64,000 nt of DNA. It comes from the human T2T-CHM13v2.0 reference genome, Homo sapiens. The stretch lies in NCBI RefSeq assembly GCF_009914755.1, contig NC_060929.1. One strand, 5' to 3'. The translations under genes were made by a program, and so were the position numbers. Under the pieces are notes generated by a model that saw only the letters and a program-made list of their open reading frames with translations, was not told the DNA's origin and did no database searches. Numbering within the stretch: the first letter of the stretch is position 1; every line of letters starts with the position of its first letter. This document shows, piece after piece, positions 1-10,824 of this stretch.

Positions 1-158
1 CTTAGGCCTCAAATCACTCCAAATATCCACTTGCAGATACTACAGAAAGACTGTTTCAAAACCTCTCTCTCAAAAGGAAAGTTCAACTGTGTGAGTTGAA
101 TGCACACATCACAAAGTATTTTCTGAGAATTCTTCTGTCTAGTTTGTATGTGAGGATA

Positions 159-175
159 TCCCGTATACAACGAAT
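159..175 (-). promoter_or_regulatory. CENP-B box with intact 9-bp core (flank monomer)
   Basis: Plus strand TCCCGTATACAACGAAT is minus strand ATTCGTTGTATACGGGA, which fits NTTCGNNNNANNCGGGN. Confidence 0.8.
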
Positions 176-287
176 TCCTCAAAGAGCTCCAAATAACCAC
201 AAGCAGATCCTGCAAAAGCAGTGTTTCAAAACTGCTCTATCAAAAGAAAGTTTCAACTCTTTGAATTGGACACACAGATCACAAAGG

Positions 288-327
288 CGAACAGATCTGA
301 GAATGTCCTTTGAAAAGGACACACAGA
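288..327 (+). other. Complex templated insertion (net ~+36 bp) inside a flank monomer
   Basis: Anchor-to-anchor distance is 206 bp (150 to 356) rather than ~170. The expected ACAAAGG-AGTT-TCTGAGAATG is replaced by ACAAAGG-CGAACAGATCTGAGAATGTCCTTTGAAAAGGACACACAGA-TCTGAGAATG. Confidence 0.85.
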
Positions 328-706
328 TCTGAGAATGCTTCTGTCTAGTATTTATGTGAAGATATTTCTTTATCCACCATAGGCAACAAATCGTTCCTAA
401 GATCCACTTGCAGATACCACAAAAAGACAGTTTCAAAACTGTTCTCTCAAAGGGAAGGTTCAACTCTGTGAGGTGAATGCCCACATCACAAAGCATATTC
501 TGAGAATGGCTCTGTCTACTTTGTATGTGAAGATACTTCCTTTTCCATCATAGACCACAAATCGCTCCAAATATCCACTTGCAGATACAACCAAAAGACA
601 GTTTCAAAGCTGCCCTTTCAAAAGGAAGTTTCTACTCTGTGAGTTGAATGCACACATCACAAAGAAGTTTCTAAGAATGCTTCTGTCTAGTCTGTATGTG
701 AAGATA

Positions 707-723
707 TCCCGTTTACAACGAAT
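707..723 (-). promoter_or_regulatory. CENP-B box with intact core (flank monomer)
   Basis: Plus strand TCCCGTTTACAACGAAT is minus strand ATTCGTTGTAAACGGGA. Confidence 0.85.
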
Positions 724-1217
724 TCCTCAGAGAGCTCCAAATATCCACAAGCAGATTCTATAGAAGCAGTGTTTCAAAACTGCTCAATCAAAAGAAAGGT
801 TCAATTCTTTGAATTAAAAACACACATCACAAAGGAGTTTCTGAAAATGCTTCTGTCTAGTTTTTGCGTGGAGATATTTCTTTTTCCACCATTGACAACA
901 AAGTGCTCCAAATGAACACTTGCAGATTCTCCAAATGTGTGTTCCATCACTGCTCTATCAAAAGAAATGTTCAATACCGTGAGTTGAATGTACACAACAC
1001 AAACCTGTTTCTGAAAATGTTTCTGTCTAGTTTGTATGTGAAAGTATATCCTTTTCCACCCTAGGCCTCAAATGACTAAAAATATCCACTTGCAGATACT
1101 ACAAAAATATTGTTTCAAAATGGCTATCTCAAAAGGAAGGTACAACTCGGTTAGTTGAATGCACACATCACAAAGCAGTTTCTGAGAATGCTTTTGTCTA
1201 ATTAGTGTGAGAAGATA

Positions 1218-1234
1218 TCCCGCTTACAACGAAT
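1218..1234 (-). promoter_or_regulatory. CENP-B box with intact core (flank monomer)
   Basis: Plus strand TCCCGCTTACAACGAAT is minus strand ATTCGTTGTAAGCGGGA. Confidence 0.8.
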
Positions 1235-3262
1235 TCTTAAAAGAGCTCCAAATATCCACAAGCAGATTCTACGAAATGAGTTTTTCAATACTGCTCTATC
1301 AAAAGACAGATTCAACTCCTATGGTTGAATGCACACATCTCATTAAAGTTCCTGAGAATGCTTCTGTCTAATTTTTATGTGAAGATATTTACTTTTCCAA
1401 CATAGGCTTCAAAGCGCTCCAAATCAGCACTTGCAGATCCTACAAAAAGACTGTTCTAAAACTGCTCTATCAAAAGAATGGTTCTACTCTGTGACCTGAG
1501 TGCACACATCACAAAGCAGTTTGTGAGAATGCTTCTGTCTATTTTGTATGGGAAGATATTTCCTTTTCCATCATAGGCCTCAAATCGCTCCAAATATACA
1601 CTTGCAGATCCTACAAAAAGACTGTCTCAAAACTCCTCTCTCAAAAGGAAGGTTCAATTCTGTGTGTTGAATGCACACAGCACAAAGCAGTTTCTCGGAC
1701 TGCTTCTGTCTAGTTTTTGCGTGAAGATACTTCTGTTTCCAGCATAGGCAAAAAACCTCTCCAAATGAACACTTGCAGATCCTACAAAAAGTGTGTTTCC
1801 TCACTGCTCTATCAAAAGAAAAGTTCAAGACTATGAGTTGAATGCGCACATTACAAACCAGTTTCCGACAATGCTTCTGTCTATTTTTTATGTGAAGATA
1901 TTTCCTTTTCCATCATAGGCCTCAAATCGCTCCAAATATCCACTTGCAGATTCTACAAAAAGACTGTTCCAAAACTGCTCTCTCAAAAGGAAGGTTCAAC
2001 TGTTTGAGTTGAATGCACACATCACAAAGCATTTTCTCAGAATCCTTCTGTCTATTTTGTATGTGAAGATATTTCCTTTTCCATCATAGGCCTCAAATCG
2101 CTTCAAATATCCACCTGCAGATACTACAAAAAGACTGTTTCAAAGCTGCTCTCTCAAAGGAAGGTTCAATTCTGTGAGTTGAAAGCACACATCACAAAGC
2201 AGTTTCTGAGAATGCTTCTGTCGAGTTTTTATGTGAAAATATCCTATTTACAATGAATTCCTCAAAGAACTCCAAATATCTTCAAGCAGATTCTACAAAA
2301 GCAGTGTTTCAAAACTCCTCTATCAAAAGAAAGGGTCAACTCTGAATTGCACAAACACATCACAAAGGAGTTTCTGAGAATGCATCTCTCTAGTTTTTAT
2401 GTGAAGTTGTTTCTTTTTCCACCATAGGCAACCAAGCGCTCCAAAAGAACACTTGCAGATACTGTAAAAAGTGTGTTTCAACACTGCTCTGCCAAAAGAA
2501 AGGTTCAAGCCTGTGAGTTGAGTGCACACATCACAAAGCAGTTTCTGAGAACGCTTCCGTCTAGTTTGTATGTGAAGATATTTCCTTTTCCATCTTAGGC
2601 CTCAAATCGCTCCAAATATCCACTTGCAGATACTACAAAAATACATTTTCAAAACTGCTCAATCAAAAGAAAGGTTCAACTCTGTGAACTGAACACACAT
2701 ATCACAAAGGAGTTTCGGAGAACGCTTCTTCCTAGTGTTTATGTGAAGATATTTCTTTTTCCACCATAGGCATCAAAGCGCTCCAAATGAACTCTTGCAG
2801 ATTCTACAAATGTGTGTTTCAACACTGCTCCGTCTAAAGAAATGTTCAAGTCTCTAAGTTGAATGCACCCATCACAAAGCAGTTTCTGAGAATGTTTCTA
2901 TCTAGTTTGTATGTGAAGATATTCCCGTTTCCATCTTAAGCCTCACGTCGCTCCATATGTCCACTTGAGGATACTACAAAAAACTGTTTCAAAACTGTTC
3001 TCTGAAAAGGAAGGTTCAACTCTCTGAGATGAATGCACACATCACAAAGCAGTTAATGAGATTGCTTCTGTCTAGTTTGTATGTGAGGATATTTCCTTTT
3101 TAATCTTAGACTTCCCATCGCTCCAAATATCCACTTGCAGATATTTCAAAGAGACTGTTTAAAAACTGCTCTCTCAGAAGGAAGGTTCAACTCTGTGAGT
3201 TGAATGCACCCACCACAAAGCAGTTTCTGAGAATGCTTGGGTCTAGTTTGTATGTGAAGATA

Positions 3263-3279
3263 TCCCGTTTACAACGAAT
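3263..3279 (-). promoter_or_regulatory. CENP-B box, HOR monomer 23 (representative; recurs per HOR, e.g. 7350-7366; deleted in the 20-mer, mutated at ~19443)
   Basis: TCCCGTTTACAACGAAT fits the reverse complement of NTTCGNNNNANNCGGGN. Confidence 0.85.
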
Positions 3280-3603
3280 TCCTCAAAGAGCTCCAAATAT
3301 CCACAAGCAGATTCTACAAAAGCAGTGTATCAAAACTGCTCTATCAAAAGAAAGGTTCAACTCTCTGAATAGAACAAACACATCACAAAGGAGTTTCTGA
3401 GAATGATTCTGTCTAGTATTTATGTGAAGATATTTCTTTTTCCACCATAGACAAAAACACGCTCCAAGCGAACACTTGCACATCCTACAAAATGTGTGTT
3501 TCAACACTGCTCTTTCAAGAGAAAGGTTCAAGTCTGTGAGTTGAATGCACACATCACTAAGCAGTTTCTGAGAATGCTTCTGTCTAGTTTGTATGTGAAG
3601 ATA

Positions 3604-3620
3604 TCCCGTTTACAACGAAA
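3604..3620 (-). promoter_or_regulatory. CENP-B box, HOR monomer 1 (representative; recurs per HOR, e.g. 7691-7707; mutated at ~11097)
   Basis: TCCCGTTTACAACGAAA; core intact. Confidence 0.85.
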
Positions 3621-6600
3621 TCCTCAAAGAGCTCCAAATATCCACAAGCAGATCCTATAAAAGCGGTGTTTCAAAACTGCTCTATCAAAAGAAAATTTCA
3701 ATACTGTGAATTTGACACACACTTCACAAAGGAGTTTCTGAGAATGTTTCTGTCTAGTTTTCATTTGAAGATATTTCTTTTTCCACCGTAGGCAACAAAG
3801 CGCACTAAATGAACACTTGCAGATTCTACAAAAAGCGTGTTCCAACCCTGATCTCTCAAAAGAAAGTTTGAAGTCTGTGAGTTTAAGGCACACATCTCAA
3901 AGAACTTTGTGAGAATGCTTGGTTCTCCTTTTTTTGGGAAGATACCAGCTGCCAACGAATTCCTGAAAGAGTTCCAAATATCCACAAGCAGATTCTACAA
4001 AAGGAGTGTTGCAATTCTGCTCTATCAAAAGGCAGATTCAACTCAGTTACTTGAATGCACACATCTCAATGAAGTTCCTGAGCATGCCTCTGTCTAGTTT
4101 TCTGTGAAGATATTTCCTTTTCCGCCAAAGGCTTAAAAGCTCTCCAAAATGAACACTCGCAGATCCTACAAAAAGACTGTTTCAGAACTGCTCTATCAAA
4201 AGGACGGTTCCACTCTGTGAGGTGAATGCACACATCACAAAGCAGATTCTCAGAAAGCTTCTGTCAAGTTTGGCTGTGAAGATATTTCCTTTTCCATCTT
4301 AGTCCTCCCATTGCTCCAAATATCCACTTGTAGAGAGTACAAAAAGATTGTTTCAAAACTGTTCTCTCAAAAGGAAGGTTCAACTCTGTGAGTAGAATGC
4401 ACACATCACAAACCAGTTTCTGAGGATGCTTCTGACTAGATTGAATGTGAAGATATCCCGTTTAAAAAGAATTCCTCAAACAGCTCCAAATATCCACAAG
4501 AAGATTCTACAAAAGCAGTGTTTCAAAACTGCTTTATCTAAAGAAAGGTTCAACCCTGTGAATTGAACAACTACATCACAAAGTATTTTCTCAGAATGTT
4601 TCTGTCTAGTTTTTAGGTGAAGATATTTCTTTTTCCACCATGGGGAAGAAAGCACTCCAAATGAACACTTGCAGATTCTACAAAAAGTGTGTTTCAACAC
4701 TGCTCTATAAAAAGAAAGTTTCAAGTCTGTGAGTTGAATCGCCACATCACAAAGCAGTTTCTGAGAATGCTTCTGCCTAGTTTTTAGGTGAAGGTATATC
4801 CTTTTCCATCTTAGGCCTCAAATCTCTCCAAACATCCACTTGCAGATACTTCAAAAAGACTGTTTCAAAACTGCTCTCAAAAGGAAGGTTCAACTCTGTG
4901 AGTTGAATGCACACATCACAACGCAGTGTCTGAGAATGCTTCTGTCTAGTTTGTATGTGAAGATATTTCCTTTTCCATCTTAGGCCTCAAATCGATCCAA
5001 ATATCCAATTGCAGGTACCAGAAAAAGACTGCTTCAAAACAGCTCTCACAAAAGGAAGGTTCAACTCTGTGAGTTGAATGCACACATCACAGAGCAGTTT
5101 CTGAGAATGCTTCTGTCTAGTTTGTATGTGAGAATATCCCGTTTACAACAAATTCCTCAAAGAGCCCCCAATGCAAAGAGCAGATTCTACAAAAGCAGTG
5201 TTTCAAAACTGCTCTATCAAAAGCAACTTTCAACTCTGCGAATTGAACACACACATCACAAAGCAGTCTCTGAGAATGCTTCTGTCTGGTTTTTAGGTGA
5301 AGATATTCCTTTTTCCACCAGAGGCAACAAAGCACTCCAAACGAACACATGAAGATTCTACAAAAAGTGTGTTCCAACACTGCTCTATCGAAAGAAAGGT
5401 TCAAGTCTGGGAGTCCAATGTACATATCACAAAGAACTTTCTGAGAATGCTTGGGTCTACTTTTTATGTGAAGATAGCCGTTTCCAAAGAATTCTTCAAA
5501 GAGTTCCAGATATTCACAGACAGATACTACAAAAGAAGTGTTTCAATACTGCTCTATCAAAAGACGTATTCAACTCAGTTACTTTAATGCACACATCTCT
5601 ATGAAGTTCCTGAGAAAGCTTCTGTCTAGGTTTATGTGAAAATATTTCCTTTTCCATCATGGGCCTCAAAGCGCTCAAAATGAACACTTGCAGATACTAG
5701 AGAAAGACTGTCTCAAAACTGCTCTATCCAAAGAACGGTTCCACTCTGTGAGGTGAATGCACACATCACAAAGCAGTTTCTGAGAACTCTTCTGTCTAGT
5801 TTGTATGTGAACATATTTCCTTTTCCATCATAGGCCTGAAATCGCTCCAAATATCCACTTGCAGATACTACAAAAACACTGTTTCAGAACTGCTTTCTCG
5901 AAAGAAAGTTTCAACTCTGTGAGTTGAATGCACACAGCACAAAGCAGTTTCTGAGAATGCTTCTGTGTAATTTGTATGTGAAGATATCCCGTATACGCCC
6001 AATTCCTCAAAGACCTCCAAATATCCACAAGCACATTCTACAAAAGCAGTGTTTCAAATCTGCTGTATCAAAAGAAAGGTTCAACTTTGTGAATTGGACA
6101 CAAACATCTCAAAGGAGTTTCTGAGAAGGCTTCTTTCTAGTTTGTATGTGAACTCATTTCTTTTTCCACCACAGGCAACGAAGCTCTCCAAATGAACACT
6201 TGCCGATTCTATAAAAAGTGTGTTTCAACACTGCTCTATCAAAATAAGGTTTCAAGTCTGTACGTTTAATGCACACATCAAAAGCAGTTTCTGAGAATGC
6301 TTCTGTCTAGTTTGTAGGTGAAGGTATTCCCTTTTCCATCTTAGACCACAAATCACTAAAAATATCCACCTGTATATACTACAAAAAGACTGTTTCAAAA
6401 CCTCTCTCTCAAAAGGAAGGTTCAACTCTGTGAGTTGAATGCACACATCACAAAGCAGTTTCTGAGCATGCTTCTGTCTAGTTTGTATGTGAAGATAGTT
6501 CCTTTTCCCTCATAGGCCTCAAAGCGTTCCAAATATCGACTTGCAGATACTACAAAAAGACTGTGTGAAAACTGTTCTCTCAGAAGGAAGGTTCAACTCC

Positions 6601-8542
6601 GTGTGTTGAATGCACACATCACAAAGCAGTTTCTGAGAATGCTTCTGGCTAGTTTGTATGTGAAGATATCCCTTTGACAGCGAATTCCTCAAAGAGCTCC
6701 AAATATCCACAAGCAGATTCTAGAAAATCAGTGTTTCAAAACTGCTCAATCTAAAGAAAGGTTCACCTCTGTGCATTGAACACACATATCACAAAGGAGT
6801 TTCGGAGAACGCTTCTTTCTAGTGTTTATGTGAAGATATTTCTTTTTCCACCATAGGCATCAAAGCGCTCCAAATGAACTCTTGCAGATTCTACAAATGT
6901 GTGTTTCAACACTGCTCCGTCTAAAGAAATGTTCAAGTCTCTGAGTTGAATGCACCCATCACAAAGCAGTTTCTGAGAATGCTTCCACCTAGTTTGTATG
7001 TGCAGATATTCCCGTTTCCATCTTAAGCCTCACATCGCTCCATATATCCACTTGAGGATACTACAAAAAACTGTTTCAAAACTGCTCTCTCAAAAGGAAG
7101 GTTCAACTCTGTGAGCTGAATGCACACATCACAAAGCAGTTAATGAGATTGCTTCTGTCTAGTTTGTATGTGAGGATATTTCCTTTTCAATCTTAGACTT
7201 CCCATCGCTCCAAATATCCACTTGCAGATATTTCAAAGAGACTGTTTAAAAACTGCTCTCTCAGAAGGAAGGTTCAACTCTGTGACTTGAATGCACACAC
7301 CACAAAGCAGTTTCTGAGAATGCTTGTGTCTAGTTTGTATGTGAAGATATCCCGTTTACAACGAATTCCTCAAAGAGCTCCAAATATCCACAAGCAGATT
7401 CTACAGAAGCAGTGTATCAAAACTGCTCGATCAAAAGAAAGGTTCAACTCTCTGAATAGAACAAACACATCACAAAGGAGTTTCTGAGAATGCTTCTGTC
7501 TAGTATTTATGTGAAGATATTTCTTTTTCCACCATAGACAAAAACACGCTCCAAGTGAACACTTGCACATCCTACAAAATGTGTGTTTCAACACTGCTCT
7601 TTCAAGAGAAAGGTTCAAGTCTGTGAGTTGAATGCACACATCACTAAGCAGTTTCTGAGAATGCTTCTGTCTAGTTTGTATGTGAAGATATCCCGTTTAC
7701 AACGAAATCCTCAAAGAGCTCCAAATATCCACAAGCAGATCCTATAAAAGCGGTGTTTCAAAACTGCTCTATCAAAAGAAAATTTCAATTCTGTGAATTT
7801 GACACACACTTCACAAAGGAGTTTCTGAGAATGTTTCTGTCTAGTTTCCCTTTGAAGATATTTCTTTTTCCACCGTAGGCAACAAAGCGCACTAAATGAA
7901 CACTTGCAGATTCTACAAAAAGCGTGTTCCAACCCTGATCTCTCAAAAGAAAGTTTGAAGTCTGTGAGTTTAAGGCACACATCTCAAAGAACTTTTTGAG
8001 AATGCTTGGTTCTCCTTTATTTGGGAAGATACCAGCTGCTAACGAATTCCTGAAAGAGTTCCAAATATCCACAAGCAGATTCTACAAAAGGAGTGTTGCA
8101 ATTCTGCTCTATCAAAAGGCAGATTCAACTCAGTTACTTGAATGCACACATCTCAATGAAGTTCCTGAGCATGACTCTGTCTAGTTTTCTGTGAAGATAT
8201 TTCCTTTTCCGCCAAAGGCTTAAAAGATCTCCAAAATGAACACTCGCAGATCCTACAAAAAGACTGTTTCAGAACTGCTCTATCAAAAGGACGGTTCCAC
8301 TCTGTGAGGTGAATGCACTCATCACAAAGCAGATTCTCAGAAAGCTTCTGTCAAGTTTGGCTGTGAAGATATTTCCTTTTCCATCTTAGTCTTCCCATTG
8401 CTCCAAATATCCACTTGTAGAGAGTACAAAAAGATTGTTTCAAAACTGTTCTCTCAAAAGGAAGGTTCAACTCTGTGAGTAGAATGCACACATCACAAAC
8501 CAGTTTCTGAGGATGCTTCTGACTAGATTGAATGTGAAGATA

Positions 8543-8559
8543 TCCCGTTTAAAACGAAT
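8543..8559 (-). promoter_or_regulatory. CENP-B box, HOR monomer 6 (representative; polymorphic among copies)
   Basis: TCCCGTTTAAAACGAAT has an intact core here. It is broken at ~4456, 41081, 45171, 53350, 57440 and 61529. Confidence 0.8.
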
Positions 8560-10824
8560 TCCTCCAACAGCTCCAAATATCCACAAGAAGATTCTACAAA
8601 AGCAGTGTTTCAAAACTGCTTTATCTAAAGAAAGGTTCAACCCTGTGAATTGAACAACTACATCACAAAGTATTTTCTCAGAATGTTTCTGTCTAGTTTT
8701 TAGGTGAAGATATTTCTTTTTCCACCATGGGGAAGAAAGCACTCCAAATGAACACTTGCAGATTCTACAAAAAGTGTGTTTCAACACTGCTCTATCAAAA
8801 GAAAGTTTCAAGTCTGTGGGTTGAATCCCCACATCACAAAGCAGTTTCTGAGAATGCTTCTGCCTAGTTTTTAGGTGAAGGTGTATCCTTTTCCATCTTA
8901 GGCCTCAAATCTCTCCAAACATCCACTTGCAGATACTTCAAAAAGACTGTTTCAAAACTGCTCTCAAAAGGAAGGTTCAACTCTGTGAGTTGAATGCACA
9001 CATCACAACGCAGTGTCTGAGAATGCTTCTGTCTAGTTTGCATGTGAAGATATTTCCTTTTCCATCTTAGGCCTCAAATCGATCCAAATATCCAATTGCA
9101 GACACCACAAAAAGACTGCTTCAAAACAGCTCTCGCAAAAGGAAGGTTCAACTCTGTGAGTTGAATGCACACATCACAGAGCAGTTTCTGAGAATGCTTC
9201 TGTCTAGTTTGTATGTGAAGATATCACGTTTACAACAAATTCCTCAAAGAGCCCCCAATAGCAACAAGCAGATTCTACAAAAGCAGTGTTTCAAAACTGC
9301 TCTATCAAAAGCAACTTTCAACTCTGCGAATTGAACACACACATCACAAAGCAGTCTCTGAGAATGCTTCTGTCTGGTTTTTAGGTGAAGATATTCCTTT
9401 TTCCACCAGAGGCAACAAAGCACTCCAAACGAACACATGAAGATTCTACAAAAAGTGTGTTCCAACACTGCTCTATCGAAAGAAAGGTTCAAGTCTGGGA
9501 GTCCAATGTACATATCACAAAGAACTTTCTGAGAATGCTTGGGTCTACTTTTTATGTGAAGATAGCCGTTTCCAAAGAATTCTTCAAAGAGTTCCAGATA
9601 TCCACAGGCAGATTCTACAAAAGAAGTGTTTCAATACTGCTCTATCAAAAGACGTATTCAACTCAGTTACTTTAATGCACACATCTCTATGAAGTTCCTG
9701 AGAAAGCTTCTGTCTAGGTTTATGTGAAAATATTTCCTTTTCCATCATGGGCCTCAAAGCGCTCAAAATGAACACTTGCAGATACTAGAGAAAGACTGTC
9801 TCAAAACTGCTCTATCCAAAGAACGGTTCCACTCTGTGAGGTGAATGCACACATCACAAAGCAGTTTCTGAGAACTCTTCTGTCTAGTTTGTATGTGAAC
9901 ATATTTCCTTTTCCATCATAGGCCTCAAATCGCTCCAAATATCCACTTGCAGATACTACAAAAAGACTGTTTCAGAACTGCTTTCTCAAAAGAAAGTTTC
10001 AACTCTGTGAGTTGAATGCACACAGCACAAAGCAGTTTCTGAGAATGTTTCTGTGTAATTTGTATGTGAAGATATCCCGTATACGCCCAATTCCTCAAAG
10101 ACCTCCAAATATCCACAAGCACATTCTACAAAAGCAGTGTTTCAAATCTGCTGTATCAAAAGAAAGGTTCAACTTTGTGAATTGGCCACAAACATCTCAA
10201 AGGGGTTTCTGAGAAGGCTTCTTTCTAGTTTGTAGGTGAACACATTTCTTTTTCCACCACAGGCAACGAAGCTCTGCAAATGAATACTTGCCGATTCTAT
10301 AAAAAGTGTGTTTCAACACTGCTCTATCAAAATAAGGTTTCAAGTCTGTACGTTTAATGCACACATCAAAAGCCGTTTCTGAGAATGCTTCTGTCTAGTT
10401 TGTAGGTGAAGGTATTCCCTTTTCCATCTTAGACCTCAAATCACTAAAAATATCCACCTGTATATACTACAAAAAGACTGTTTCAAAACCTCTCTCTCAA
10501 AAGGAAGGTTCAAGTCTGTGAGTTGAATGCACACATCACAAAGCAGTTTCTGAGCATGCTTCTGTCTAGTTTGTATGTGAAGATAGTTCATTTTCCCTCA
10601 TAGGCCTCAAAGCGTTCCAAATATCGACTTGCAGATACTACAAAAAGACTGTGTGAAAACTGTTCTCTCAGAAGGAAGGTTCAACTCCGTGTGTTGAATG
10701 CACACATCACAAAGCAGTTTCTGAGAATGCTTCTGGCTACTTTGTATGTGAAGATATCCCTTTGACAGCGAATTCCTCAAAGAGCTCCAAATATCCACAA
10801 ACAGATCCTAGAAAAGAAGTGTTT

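Larger units (their letters stand above)
1..2650 (-). repeat. Divergent non-HOR alpha-satellite flank (~15 monomers, mixed A- and B-type)
   Basis: These monomers have no near-identical copy at +4.09 kb. They belong to the same monomer classes as the HOR but in a different order (B at ~150, ~698, ~1209, ~2233). Confidence 0.85.

Noticed and set aside
3937-6690. B-box remnants in monomers 3, 10, 12, 15 and 19
   Set aside because: Each breaks the 9-bp core (CCAGCTGCCAACGAA, CCCGTTTACAACAAA, GCCGTTTCCAAAGAA, CCCGTATACGCCCAA, CCCTTTGACAGCGAA), so none is called as a functional box.
7009-7026. TCCCGTTTCCATCTTAAG in HOR monomer 21 resembling a CENP-B box
   Set aside because: Only the CGGG half is present. 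The TTCG half (CGAA on the plus strand) is missing and the monomer is otherwise A-type.
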